64,000 bases of DNA, taken from assembly GCF_964204645.1 (NCBI RefSeq), contig NC_134030.1, forward strand, positions 17,360,110 to 17,424,109, in the 5' to 3' direction. The notes beneath the pieces are model-generated. The model ran no database searches. It worked only from the letters and a program-made list of their open reading frames with translations, and was not told the origin of the DNA. Shown one piece after another: positions 26,483 to 41,074 of the stretch (its first letter is position 1; each line of letters begins with the position of its first letter). The stretch is from Tubulanus polymorphus. Lineage: Eukaryota; Animalia; Nemertea. Made by a program: the position numbers and the translations under genes.

Positions 26483-27371
26483 TAGCTTGTTAGTATAGTT
26501 TAACCGCTGATAACTGAAACCTCCTAAATATGTTCCCTAAAAGCTTGTTGATATAATTCATGAAAGCCCAATAATATATGCCCTGAAAGTCTCCATAATA
26601 CTTAATACATTTGTTAATTCTATCACGATCGAACAATTTTGATCCACGAAATGCATATGCACGACCAATCTTTACCAAACAAAAACGACAAGCGAGTATC
26701 GCTTTTGGTGACTTGCAAGTGCAGCCACCTGTGAGAATTTGTTGAAGAAAAGGCAACTAAGGCATGATTCAACGGTCATTTCGTGCATGAACATGCACTG
26801 ACCCCCTCCCTGCAACCACTCACTGCATCTGCCATCAGTCGTTCTACTAGGATGATATTTCGTATTGTCATATCCGTAGCCAAATGCCAGCATGCTCGCA
26901 ATGCCAGCATGACCCTCAAATAGACTTAAGTTCTTTGGAATTAGCCACGGACACAGAGGTTAGGCTACTGATTCGATTGTCAGTGGCATTAATAAACGAA
27001 GAAAGTGACCCCGGTATGTGTAGTGAGTTATTTGATCTGCATTCAGCATGACAATTTATTGTCTCTAGCAGACAACTGGGAATTGTCCCTCCAGCTGTCC
27101 TCATAATAACTTTATTCGATCTAGAATGTCAGAAACGTCATTAGCCCCCATTTGAGGGGTACGATACCCGATAAATCTATCAAAATCCGATGACTCATTG
27201 TCATCAAAGTAATACGAATCGTAATTTCCTCAATTTCCTAATAGCTGTCGACTGGATACTGGTGTCCCGCATGATACCTCGATAAAATGACGTATCCAAT
27301 ATATCACCCATATCGCCCTCAAAGTAATCAAAAATCGTTGTCTCTGTTCGTTTCCCTGTCAAAATGTTCGA

Positions 27372-28015
27372 TTACACCCTTGGTAGCCTTGGACCGAAAC
27401 TGACCCTTCCAGAATTTTGGGGACGGCGATTATCGCTGAAATGCGTCCCGGTTCGGTGTGACGCGTGACATTTGTTAGCCATAACGCCAAGTTTTACAAT
27501 TCCTGGCGTAATGAACAGGGGAGTGGAATTGACAGCACACCACCCGAACATCCTGCGATCTTTGCGATGGACTTGTGATGGACGGCTTTCACTATAATAA
27601 GAGCTTATCATTCTGCTGAATATGGGTAGCTTTTGTGTGTTCAACATGTTGCGCAAAATGTCCTGTAGCTGACCCATAACATCTCCCAACGCCTTATTTG
27701 TTCTGGTCCCCTTTTTGCAATACCTTAGGAGACGACAGAGCCTTTCGTTTTTGGTGTGCTCTGCAATTCTGACTGCCTCCGATGCATCCCTAATAGTCGT
27801 AGGAAGCTGCGATAAAAGGTAGACTGAATTGTCAGGACGAGAATTAGTACCATTTTTTTCTGGTTGTCCGAGAAGTTTCAACTCGAGGCCACACGATCAA
27901 TTTCTTCCACCAATCTATCGACCGGTTGTCTCTCATCGTCGCATTGATATCAAAGCTGACTCCTTAACCAAAGCCCTTGAGGTGGGGCTAAATTGTGTAC
28001 AAAACGCATGGACGA
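27372..28015 (-). pseudogene. gag: gag remnant related to family A
   Basis: NSRPDNSVYLLSQLPTTIRDASEAVRIAEH and RRPQNSGRVSFGP. Confidence 0.85.
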
Positions 28016-28430
28016 TATGTACTCTCGGTCTTCTCTCTTTACAGACTGATTGCATTTTACTCTCAGCTCGCCTTGCAGACTGATTGTACTGTACCCTCGG
28101 TCATCTCTCTTTACACACTGATTGTAACGTACCCCTAGGTGCCTCCCATTACATACTGATTGTACTATACCTTCAATCATCTATCCTTACACACTGATTG
28201 AACTGAACTCTCAGTCACCTCCCCTAGCAGACTAATTGCGCTGTGCCCTCAGTCATCTCCCCCTACAGACTGAGTGAACTTTACCTAATTCGGTCATCTC
28301 CCTTATCAGAAACACTGTACTCTCAGTCATCCCACCTTGTAGACTGATTTTACTGATACCTCAGTTATCTCTCCTCGGTGACTGACTGTACCCCAAGTCA
28401 TTTTCCCTCACGACTGACCGCTCTGTATCC
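28016..28430. repeat. 38-bp minisatellite array (diverged)
   Basis: Same unit as 18360-18881. Confidence 0.85.
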
Positions 28431-29229
28431 ACACCGCCTTTCATTATAGCGGATAAATATGACGAAGCTTGTATGTACGGAATACAGTAGGCCTATACAG
28501 AATATAGTATTTCAAACAATGCAAGTGGCTAGAAGTTCAATACGCACGATCTCAATGCCTCGCCGAAACAACAAGCAAGATCCCTTCCAGTCGATTCAAA
28601 GGCACGATAAAGCATTTCTCTCCGATTTTGGTATTCTTTTTGAAATTATTATATATAGGAATCAGCAAATCTCTTATTCGTCTCATGGTTTTCTTTGACG
28701 GCCACTTTAGCTTTATCCAGCCTTTCATTTGGGGTGTTCATAAAAGAATTAAGTAATTTGTCATCCTGTACTACCTGATCAGCCAAGGCGACACACCTGA
28801 TTCAACTTTCAGGACATATTGCCTAAGTGCATCCACATTGTCTTCCGTAGCCATACCAAAAGTGATATGTTAAATTTCCTACAAAATTGAGTAACGCTCT
28901 CTTTTCACGACCAGCTGCTCTAAACAGGAAGGACAGATTTAACTGTATTCATATTAACGTTGATCCGGGTTCGTGTTTCCATTAATCTGGGCTTTAATTC
29001 TTTCAATTATTTTATTCAGCATAATCAATTCGCTAATTCCTTACCTTTCAATTTTGAATTTAGATCCCTTCCTTGGTTCGAAATCCAACACACATGGTAA
29101 CATTGAATATCCATGTTTCGCATAATAATAGATAATGCTATGTATAATGTGAATAATAGTAATGATATAAAATGCTTGAGGGCTGTCAATTCTCTTAATG
29201 ATTTACACATTTTAACAGCCCTCTCCAGG

Positions 29230-29580
29230 TGCGGCGTGTTGTGGTAGTGTAATACCTACCGGTGTGTTCTCAGGCCGGATCTTCTGCCCCGGGTCCTAAC
29301 TTGAATGATTTCTAAAAGTCTATCTATCCGTATTATTTTTTAAGCTGGATGTATACATTCTATCTCTAGAGCCCCCGCAAAGACTCGCTCCCCCTTTTTA
29401 TATCGTTACTGGATAGAAACTTGTGCATGCCCTTTACCAGACTTGGCTTGGTTTTCACGGATTGTGATGCATTCATACGTCACAACATATCACCGCCTCA
29501 GATATGGAGTGTTCACGTTTCTACATATATCAAAATATCCTAGAAATACCTTTTGCATTCGCCGTAGCCCATGGCCGCAT
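29230..29580 (-). repeat. Diverged module D fragment
   Basis: ggccggatctt, gattgtgatgcattcatacgtcacaacat and catggccgca are shared with the other D copies. Confidence 0.65.
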
Positions 29581-31274
29581 CATCTGACCTTTTAAAATCC
29601 CCCGGGATCCCACAATCTGGGTTAACGAGTTATCTTTGTGGCATTTTGAACATCAGCATTTATTTCGGATATGTTATCGAATCCTACATGTTTTTCAATT
29701 TTCTGAGTTTCAATTTCATACTGTTCCCGTCTACACATTTCTTCTTCATCTCTATTTGATTTAAACTTTGAATATCTTTCCTTCAGAGTAGGAGCTTAAA
29801 CTAGAAACATTTTCATCATTTATCTCTCCGTCATTTATAACGGTAGATCCAATCTGACGATCACAATCATCACAAATTCTATTATCGAATTCATTATTCG
29901 TATCATTCATATTATCATACTCAACGTTACATCTTCTCTATTTAAATTCAATAGGCTATATGATTCAATTCGTTCAGATTTACTATTTGCATCTGACAGA
30001 CCTTTTCCGATAAATAACTTTCTGCTTTTATTTACGCTTTAATTTCACTAAGTGCGGATACCCCCATGGATTCACCAGTATACAATAAACTATTCATATC
30101 TCGTCTGGGATCTTCGCCAGCTGACGGTACTTTCATAAAACATTTAATGTACATATTTCACCCCTCGTTCCTGTCCATCAAAATGTCTTATCGTTAACAT
30201 AAGGCTCAAAATGATTCTGCTCATAGTCTGAAGGAAATTCTCCTTCTCTAAATCCGTTATAGCATCGTAAATTATCATTTCTATCATCATGATCAGATTC
30301 ACTCGAATGTCCGTTTGTAAATGCCGATGTGGCCATAGGAACTTACTGTTTATGTCGGCGTTCTATTTCCTCGTAGTGATATGTTGGAAAACTAGCTCGA
30401 GTCCAAGAATGTTTTAAAATCAGTCCAAAAGAGTAGTCCAAAAATTATGATGTGAATGGATTAATTATATAATTGATGTCCGTGCTGGGTGAGCGATGAA
30501 GGTAGAATGTACTAGGTGTAGTCGAAGGAATTAGAAACCACCGCTCAGCAGCGAACTATTTTTGTACTGAGTTGCCTTAATCGGCTGGCTGACCGATAGT
30601 TTCTACGAAATGAGGGAGATGAAATGAGCTTGTATGAGAGGGGTGAAATTAGGGTAATTTTATAAACTATATATCAGTAGTATAAGTGATTGAGCTTGCT
30701 GTCTGAGAGGCGGCGGGTCACGTGAATTATTTTGATAGACTGTACTGGCCCGGAAACGATCAAACCGATTATCAAACCGATTATCAGATGGTTGTCTCAC
30801 TTGCGAATATTTTCCTTGCGGTGACGAGTATGCCGGGCCATATCAAAGTTTTGCTATGGACTCCGACATTGCCGTGCGATATGGCCACGACGGCCACGAT
30901 TATGGCATATTCCGCATCTAGATGTTGAATGCCATACCGTTCGACCTAACTCGCAATATTGTCGACCATCCGATAATCTAATCGGTCGAATTTTGTTTTG
31001 ACTAGTTCAACCCTTTGTAGTTGCAATAATTCAGTTGACTTTTCATTCATACTTTTACCTCCAGTTCTTAGGCTATCTGGTACGAGTAGACTAAATTCAA
31101 TGACTTAAATTGATGCCTGTGCTGGAGCTATCTTTCCTAACTCCTGTGCTGGTATCAGTGATCGCATGGTCAAAATTAATGGGGCATTTCCCAATTACGA
31201 ACACCTTTGTGGAGGGTAATAAACCACGAAGAAATGTTTGCAACAGGTCATCACCCGAGTTCTCATATTTACCT

Positions 31275-34200
31275 TGTTCTTGTTTATCCTCGGGTCCTGG
31301 CGTTTAAACTATAAACTGGCCCTTGAATCAGGGAAACTAATCTATCTGACTCTAACACCTGCTTCCATATTTGATCAACAACTTATGCAACAGCTATACA
31401 AAAAAATCAACTAAAAAATTTGATATGTAACAGATGTAACAATTTTCATTATAAGATCACAGGTTCAAATCTTACCCCCTAAAGTGACATCCTGTCTCTT
31501 TAATTACTCTTAAGTCTATATCCACTAAATTAAACAAAATCTAACTTAACTATAGCTTAACATTGAACTTTTAAGAACTAAACTTTTTCTATAAATTTTC
31601 TGAAGAAATTACTAAACTTAACTCTTGTAATATAAATTAATTGGAATGATTCTTTGTAATTTTACCAAGATTTGTATATGAATTATATCTAAATCTATTT
31701 CTATATGTGCAGCATATACTTAAAACAATTTTCACTTAAACTCAATTATCTAAATACAATGTAGTCACACAAATCTAAGGTTCAACTTTCAACGCAACAC
31801 GCGAACCGCAAACGAATTATTAAGACTAGATAATCTCAAAATTGACTTTTAACACAAATTACTCTTCGGTGAGTAATCAAACATATTTATGCGACAATAT
31901 ATGTTTGCTGATTTCTAATTCCAACCAACGAATGAATTACGCATCAAATTCGGTTTTTCCTTTCGAATGATTGTTTCACTGTTGATACAACGCATAACTA
32001 ATATTATTTTGAATTAAATTCCAGAGGACTGATGTTGCCTATGGAACGCTTATAAACCTTTTTCGAGGTTTCAACATCAACAACACGAATTAATCCATCT
32101 TTTCCTGGATAGACCGATTTGATTTCTCCCAATTTCCACTGCCGCCTTGGAAGATCCTTATCGATAACTAACACAATATCTTCGTTCGCAATGTTCTGAT
32201 TTGGAGACAACCATTTCTTTCTCGCGCTCAACTGGGGTAGAATCTCTTGGATCCACCTACCCCAAAACTGACGAACGACTTCCTGACTATGTCGCCACTG
32301 TTACGCAAATTGAACGGAATGCAGTCTACACTACTCGGCGCAGTATCTCCGCTGTCTCGTCCCACGATAAAATGATTTGGTGTCAACATAGGTTCATTTA
32401 TATCTTGACCAACCAACGGTCTCGAGTTCATTAGTCCTTCAACTAACGTAACGACTGTACGAAACTGCTCATCGTTTAATTCGCTACCTCCGATTATTGC
32501 TTTTATCGAACGCTTTGTGGCTTTAATCATTGTTTCAAATACACCACCGAAATATGGACTAACAGGTGGATTCCAAATCCAGTTTACTCCGTTATTCGCT
32601 AAGTTATTCGATATCTTATCTTGATCAAGACTATAAAGACAATCGACGAGCTCCTTCAACTCTGATTCTCCTGAAACGAAACTTCCACCGTTATCTGATA
32701 AGCATCTTTTAGGCCACCCACGCCTTGCCGCAAATCTTGAGAATGCGCAAAGGAACGAATCTGTATCCAGGCTATCAGTAGCTTCGAGATGTACCGCTCT
32801 GACTTGCAGATCGACCATCAAAAGGAGGTATCTTTTCGCCCTAGTACGACCTCTGCCCATCTTAACTGAAAACGGACCCGCGAAATCCAGACCGATTTCT
32901 GAAAACACATTCCATGATGGGTTTACTCGAATACTAGGCAGAGGAGCCATCTGTTGACTGAGACGCTTCTTTCGTAACCATCTAAGACAATACGCACAGC
33001 TGTTTAGGATTTTCTTAACCGCAGTCGACCCTTGTAAAATCAGAGATTTTCTACGAAGAGTGTTAAGAATATGTACTGGTCCAACACTATGTGCAGTATC
33101 ATCATGTGCCTGTACTATCAAAAGTCTTGTAATGTCACTCGACTTTGACAGAATTATCGGAAATTTTGTTTCTTCCGGTAATAATTCGCATCTTTCGACT
33201 CTCGTTCGCGATCGAAGAACTCCATTTTCGTCCAGGTATGGGTTCAACCCTGCGATTTTACTACTGAGTAATACATGTTTCTTCTTTTCTAATGCTACTA
33301 TTTCTTCACTGAAAGCTTCTCTTTGACCTACTTTCACTAACTCTACCTCCGCTGCTTTCAGTTCATCAGGAGACAATACACGATCATTATTTCTGCTCGA
33401 CTTACACGTTTTACAGTTCAATACAAATCGCTTAACCCACGCATAAATTCGAACCAGCGAAAACTTTCCTGTCCAGGATATACCACCGTTTTGTACGGGT
33501 AACCGTCTAGACCATCGACTAGGTTTCAAACTCCACACAAATTCATCGAGTGGAATATTCGTCATCGAATCATCATTTTCTTTGCGATTTTCTGTATTTT
33601 CGACATTTAAATCCAACGCACGAATCATAAACCCAGTAGGTTTTTCTGTGTCTGGATTTTCGACTGTTTCATGAGTAATATAATCCCTCCAATCTTTACG
33701 AATTTCATCCATTGCTTTGGATGATATTTTGATCTCTGTTTCTGGCCACGAGTCTGAGTTATCACATAGAAATTGTGGTCCGTGCCACCATAACTCTTCA
33801 TCTTTCAACCGAACTATACTGCAGCCTCTTGACGCGACATCTGCCGGATTACAGCTTGTTGGTACGTATCTCCACTGAGACGGAGAGGTAACTTCATGAA
33901 TTTTACCAACACGATTTGAAACAAAAGTCTTGTAGCTTCGACTTTCTCCTCCTAACCAGAACAAAACATCATAAGAGTCGCTCCAGAAAGTAGCTTCTTC
34001 TATTGGTAATTTCATACTTTACTTACTCGTCTTGTCAACTGCATACCAATTTCCGCAGCCATTAACTCTAGCTTAGGAATTGAAATACTCTTTGTTGGAG
34101 CCAACTTCGATTTTGCAGTAACTAGCGTGACAGTAACTGAACCATCTTCATATGTAGTTAACTGATACACTGCTGTGGAGTAAGCTCTAATCGAAGCATC

Positions 34201-37200
34201 ACCGAATGTATGTAAAGTCACCGATTTTACATCTTTTCGAGTCTTCAAACATCTTGGTATGTGGAGACATGAGATCAATGACAAATCTTCACACCACAAT
34301 TTCCATTTCTGACGTAATTGTGACGTAAGAATCTCATCCCATTCGAGTCCTTTCAGCCAAATTTCTTGCAGAATGATTTTCGCTTCAAGGACTTTAGGTG
34401 CTATAAGTCCCATTGGGTCAAATATCCGAGCGATATAACTGAGAACTTCACGTTTCGTTATACTGTCGTGGTATTCTGGTACGTTAACTTGATATTCAAA
34501 TGTGTCTGATTCTGCTTTCCAGTAGACACCCAGAACTTTGGTTTTTGGCAATACATTGTCTTGAATCTTCAATCTATCGGATTCCGGAATTTCTTCTAAG
34601 ACAGTTCTGTCATTTGACATCCATTTTCTATAATGAAATCCTCCATCTGTAGCCAAAGCCGTTAACTGTTGTCTGGTGGCTATGGCAACATCTGGGTCAT
34701 CCATTGAACAAATGGTGTCATCCATGTATGTTTTCGAATCAACTGCATCAGCTGCAAGGGGAAAACTTCTTTCTTCATTTTCGCATGAGTCTGCCATACA
34801 TACTGAGCACAGCAAGGAGAGTATGTTCCACCGAATACATGCCTTTTAAATTCATAGACTTCAATTTCACCGGATATCTGATTTTTCCAGAGATATCTAT
34901 GATACTTTCGATCTTCTGGCTTCATTTCTATTTGCAATACATCTGTGAAAGATCTGCACCCATAGCTTTGAGTCCACTTCTGAATGGACCTTTGAATTCG
35001 ATATAATCTTTGGTCAGGTATTCTGCGATTGTTTCCTCATACGATTTTTTGATGTCCGGATTGGAATCAATTTTCTTCATTAATAATTTAAGTCTGTTCA
35101 ACGCTACTGACTGATTATTTTCCAGATAGGGACTTTCATCCTTCCAAGGAACGCCAATTTCATAACGCTTGCCGTCGAACTTCAACGATTGCTCAAGCTT
35201 TTTCTGAGCTATTTCTTCGTCAACAGATAATTTGGATCTTGATTCATCGAGACCCGATTTTTCTTTCTCCCAAAACGCTTTTAGGGTAGAATCTAACGAA
35301 ATTTCTTCTTCATTCGGATTTTCACGATTAGCCAAAATCGTTTGACAGATTACATGAGTCTGTTTCTTCACGTTATGTGACTGATTTACATTGTCACCGA
35401 TACACGTCCAACCGAACGGACAAAGACGAGCGATTGGATCCGACGGATTTGGACCGCATATTTCTTTCAAACAGTACAGTAGATGTCTACAATCTTTTCC
35501 AAGTATTCCCTCAACTGTAGAATTAACACTAACATCTGGAAAGGGTATACCTTGTAGATGTGTCCACCGATTACGTATCTTCGACCATGCAATCGACACC
35601 ATACTGTCACAAACGTTATCCACTACGTAAAATCGCTGCGTGGCTAAGATTCTATCTGAACCGTTGTAATGTCTTATGTTTACATCACAAACTTTCGATT
35701 TCGTTGAAATTTCCGAACCATCGAATACTTTAACCGTCAAAGTTTCATTGTTATATTTCAAATTACGCATATGCGATACAGCGTGAGTACTGAGGTAACT
35801 AATGTCACTGCAATCATCTAGAAGAACTATTATCTGACGTTTATCATGACCATCACCAATATAGATAGGAAGAGTTCTCATTCCAACGTTCACTGAACTA
35901 TCTATAGCATATATCTGCTTCGCCATAAACGAACCATTCTTTTTTACGTCAGTTTCTAATGACGACTGGCTAGTTTCTTGATCTGTAGTTTCATCATCTT
36001 TATTTTCCCGATCATAAATTTCTGATTTCTTAAACTTCGGTCGATGCAACATCGAACTGTGTGTTAGAGTACAGCCAGATACTCCACACTGTCGTCTACT
36101 ATTACAATCCGAACCACGGTGATACGGACGTAAACATCGAAAACATAAACCAAGCCTTTTTGCAGTAGTCCAACGTTCATTTTTCATCTTTCGGAAACGG
36201 TCGCATTTTACTTCAGTGTGTTCCATTCCACACACGCTACATTTTACTGAATTACCCACGAAGGTACCACTACGTTTATTCGGTAATTTTCTATCAACAG
36301 TCTTCGAATCATTCGATACTCCATGAAGACCCTTAACTGCTTCACGAGCTTTCACCTTTCGCGCAACGACTTCTGAAAAACCATTCACTTAAGGAAGCAA
36401 GACCTTCGTCACATGATCTCGAGCTTAACCAGTCATAGTACTGTACAAGCAATATCTCAGGAATCTTTCGAGATACGATGCTATACCAAGCACCATCGCC
36501 GAGATCATCACCTTTTCCTCCAGCTTTCAATTTTGCTACTGCAACGACGAGATTATCCGACAATTTTTCTAATTTGTCGATATCATAAACTGACGGCTTT
36601 TCTGACTTTTCCAATTCATCTAAATATCCCTGTAGTTTCCTTCGTTCACCACCAAAAATCTGAACGAGTAACTTTTTTGCCGCTTCGTATTCCTCTAAGC
36701 TATAACCGAAACCCTTTATGGTATCAATAGCTTTTCCTTTCAACGAGTTCATCAACCGTAGCATTTTATTAGCTGCTGGTTCATCTGTACTGTCAACTAC
36801 GTTCACGAAGGCCATCCAGTAACTGTCGAATGTCAACTTATTTCCATCAAATACAGGAACTTTTATGCGTTCAAGTTTGGAAACAGCTGCCGTAACCGAC
36901 GATTCATCTTCTTCAAGGCTAATTCTCTTTCTTGGAGTGGACGTTTTCTTTTTACTCGTGTCATTAGATTCATTGACCGAACGATTCAATAACAGAGAGC
37001 GAGCCTTTTCTATTTCATATTCTGTTGAATTAAAAACCTCTTCTGCTTCAGCTTGAATATTCTGAACGCCTTTACTGTTATTTTCTGTTAAGTGGAGTTG
37101 TTCTAACTCATCTAGTACTGACAGGACTAAATCTCTTTTCTCATGAATATTGTCTATTATTTCTAATACGTGACTACCATCAGTATCTTCTTTACTTTCT

Positions 37201-37487
37201 AAGACCTTTGCTGTCAATTTTGTTAGGAGTCTACTCAAAGTGCTTTTTTCTATTTTCTTAAGCTTTTTCAGCTCACCTAAACCACGTTTTGAAGTATTTC
37301 CGGTTGCATCAACATCAGCCATGATTGCGAAATATTGTCAGCAGTTACTGAAGTCTAATTATCTGATGTTAATACTTGCTCTTTCTGATGTTCTATTTCT
37401 ATTTCATGAGCCAGCTTTACAGTTTTCTTGTGTTCCCGGGTTTCGGCACCATTTTATGTTCTTGTTTATCCTCGGGTCCTGGCGTTT
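31275..37487 (-). mobile_element. BEL/Pao LTR retrotransposon, defective
   Basis: gag-PR-RT-RH-IN order; tRNA-Phe PBS at 37434-37451; 31-bp terminus tgttcttgtttatcctcgggtcctggcgttt at both 31275 and 37457. Confidence 0.92.
32004..37322 (-). pseudogene. gag-pol: BEL/Pao gag-pol polyprotein, frameshifted, with an RT N-terminal deletion near 34990
   Basis: KLERIKVPVFDG (DUF1759-like), three Cys/His knuckles, LLDDCSDISY protease, TYMDD, HTFGDAS, SIPKLEL, WRYVPTSCNPADVASRG, GLDFAGP, SDNG, GGVFE, ISPLE. Confidence 0.93.
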
Positions 37488-39795
37488 CTTGCCCCCTTCA
37501 GTTCCCCAACTTATTTACTCTCTCTATCTACCAAGTTTCATCCACATGATCTCTCCCAAATTTGGTCTGATTTTTACAGAATATGCAACCTCCACCAACA
37601 ACTCCGAATAGAAAATACATTCCCAACCAACAACACTATATACCATGTTTCTGAATCCATCCCCTAGGCTAAACTACATGTATTACATTTCATTAGCCCT
37701 TAAACCAACTCTACGCATCAATCATAATAGTCATATATTACCGGACGGAAATAAAGAAAAATAAAATTCATCTTCATTTTACTTCCATTTAAAATTCGGA
37801 GGCGGTTCCTGTAAACCTCGTTATTAAAAAGGCGTAATATCAATCATATGTCTACATAACGAATACATAAATTAAATGGATCAAGACACAACTATATATT
37901 CAACATTTCAGAGAGAGAAGAGTGATTTATCCCAGTCTTTCACATATCTTTATATCATTTTATATAGATAACAATAACTTATAAATCACTTTATTTCCAA
38001 CTTTCATTACCACATTGTTAAAGCGGTTTCCATCGCCGCTAATGCCTTATAACGTTTACACAATATAGCCGATACTATCACGGCTATAATTTCTAATGGA
38101 ATAAGTATATTACTCCCGATTTTTAAATAGCTATGTGTCCCCTTAATGCCCTACTCCAGTGAGACAGCAATGAGCATTTTCCAATTATAGTCATTCCTCA
38201 ATCTAGCAATTGGACATTGTTGCGAGGGCGCAGAGTGGCGACTAGTCTCTGAGACATCTGGGTGATCCATCTGTGCCGGGCAAAGGACATTGTACTCGTC
38301 TATGCACGAACGTTATGCATAGACGGACTTTATCAAGGCTTCCTTCGCTGTTAAGTTATTCGGCGTTTTCTTCGCCGAAAGTAGTTGAATCAAGTAGTAG
38401 TGTCGTTTGCGTCAACCCGTAGTACATTGATGTAGTATCAGAGTGGTAGTAGAGCAGTACCAGAAGTTGGAGATAGGCATCAAAGCGATTTTATCAGCGT
38501 AATTCTGGTAGTGACATCTGAAGCAGTCCTATAGTACACCTGATGTAGTAGCTGATGACAACAAGGCAGTACAGTTGTACACGTGAGCGGCGGCGATCTT
38601 AACCAATCAACGAGCAGCTTGGTGTCTTCTTGCGGCAAAATGTTTTTGTTTTGTATTTTTGTCATAGCGGGCACTTGACGTCTGTGGTTTTCTTCAGAGA
38701 CTGGGATGTGACTTCCAACGGTGTAGTTAGCAGTACCTGCAACCAGGCCTTTTTGAAGATAAGTGTAATGGCTATATCTCATCGTCTAATATCGACAATA
38801 TGAAGTACCTCTTTGCTTTCTCATGACATTACACGCAAGGGTCGACACCAATTCTAAGTTATACGTATATGTTAAAACATGCAGATTCATTAGATTAGAT
38901 ATTTTAAAATATAAACCTAAGTTGTTGCACCTGAAAAAAACTTTTGATAAATGGTGTAGAGAAACAAAAATTAATTTCTGTTTACTACCGCACGCACTCT
39001 TTGCCGTCTGTTGTTATGAATGCTATGAGCCTAGTGCAGACTTGGGTAATCAACAGCTGAAGGCATCAACTAATAGTGTGTTGAGTCAGGGCGAACTCTA
39101 TCAGCGAAATGCTGAAAGGTGAGAAACTATGCAAGCTCAAAGATTGTATTGATTTCAGTATGTAAAATGTCCAAAAGTAAAGTTCTTTGCTTCTTCTGTG
39201 CGCCAACTTTATCTGGTGATCAGTATTAGATCATTATTTTATTTATGTGAGAAAAATTGGCTCTTTTTGAAATTTCATACTCTCTATACGAGTTATATAT
39301 TAATAATACTGTTAGAATAAATATGCCGTGGTATACATATATAAATATGCATACCTATATAAATCCATACAATGTACGTAAACACATACACAGTATAAAG
39401 TTGCAACTCTCATATATTTGTTAAAAAATTATATCTTTGTTGATCATACTCAGTTTTCTAAATTCTAAGTACTAAATAATAGATCTACATACTAAATATT
39501 CGCAATGGAAATTACTAGGGTGATGTTTCGACGGGCAACGAAATCATTTTCCCATCCGGGTATGCCAAATAAAGATAAGTCTCAAAACTTAAGCCAATAA
39601 TTTTCTGAATACGGAAGTATTGGATCCAAGAAATCCGTGGATCCAGTCCGACTTTACCATTATAAGGATGCCGTATGGAACTTTATTAATATAGTAGGGC
39701 AGTCGGGAAAATCGCGGATTTAAATATTTAGGACATCATCCAAAGAGGAAAGGGACAAAACTACCGTGCACCCTCCGCGTTGAAATCTATAACAA

Positions 39796-40300
39796 TTAAT
39801 CAAATACCTCGAGATAAACAGACCAGTCTGGGCGAGGATGTAAAAAAACAATGGTTAGTAGCAAAATGTGAGAATTTGCGTGGATACGCTCCAAGACAAA
39901 GTAAGTATGGGCGGAACCATCTGCCAAGACATTTTCTGAGGTGGGTGGAACAAAGGTCAGAGACCTATTGACAGTAATCCTAAATCCGGTAGCCACAGGA
40001 TAGCGTTCGTGGCTATAGGGGGAATTAATGCCGCTAGTCCCCTGCGGTTACCGCGATACAGTAAAATGCGATCACGAGAGCTACTAGACTAGACGCTAGT
40101 GAAATACAACTAATTAAGTCGGATTGGGACACGCCCATTAGACTTGAGGATTCACGCCACGGAGACGCAAGAGCATCCGCCTTCGTGGCAAAAAGCTCGA
40201 CCTTCCTGTGCCCCTCCGCTGACACCTTACGGAAGCTGGCGGTGAACTTCTGCTCAGTGTCAGCTACTTTGTCCCATTTGTCTGTTTTGATGGTTATTGT
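39796..40300 (-). pseudogene. env-like remnant of an internally deleted LTR element
   Basis: KFTASFRKVSAEGHRKVELFATKADAL plus a TM segment ISLASSLVALVIAFYCIAV; resembles 2150-2520. Confidence 0.5.
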
Positions 40301-40311
40301 TGTGGATCTGT

Positions 40312-40700
40312 ATTCTCCACCAATGTTGTGGTGCTGGTTTGCGTTCTTCACTCGTGTTGTTGTTGTTTAATTCCTCCGAGTATGAGGGTTCATCCGATTC
40401 GAGATATTCCTCTCACTCGAGAATAATAATAACACTTCTCGTGGATCTAAGTTTCTTTCTTTATTCTGCCAATACAATTCTTATTCCTTCCTACCCTACA
40501 GCTCGTATCTTAAGCTTCTCCACCACTCTCGCTCTCAACCCCCTTACTGTGCTGACCCTCCCTTTTTATACCATTTCATGTTACTCACGACGTATACTTC
40601 TACATAGCTCGGTATTGATCCGCAGCTGAATTGTACTTTCAAAAAGATCAAACGATTTGTATACGTAGGTTTCTTGGCATGGTCCTGGGAGAACACACGC
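40312..40700 (-). repeat. LTR (family C) with a probable tRNA-Ala PBS
   Basis: TATAAAAAGG, AATAAA and the end ...CACAACA, then TGGTGGAGAAT (40312-40322). Confidence 0.6.
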
Positions 40701-41074
40701 ATTGTTCCTTATGTACGATAATACATTATCCGCCTTAATGGTTGTTTGTCTGAAACATTTATACTTGTATCAGACGAACATTCTAAATCACTTTGAAGGT
40801 AATCACGGCGCTGTAGTCATGAGAAGAATTCGTGGAAATGAGCAATTATGAAATCAACTTATGAAACACTCGCTGACCCTTAGTCTGATAATTCGATAAT
40901 AAGGAGTAATATTAAAGAGTAATATTAAAAAGTAATATTAAAGAGTTTTATTATTTTAATTAATAAGAGTTTGTGTGTTTAAATTTGTATGTACTAATAA
41001 TGATAAAGAATATAAATAAGAAAGATGATATTTCGGCTTACATTGTATATTACTATTTAGACAAAATTAAATAC

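Noticed and set aside
29590-31010. Possible further LTR-element remnant and small inverted repeat
   Set aside because: No diagnostic domain, PBS or TSD could be established.
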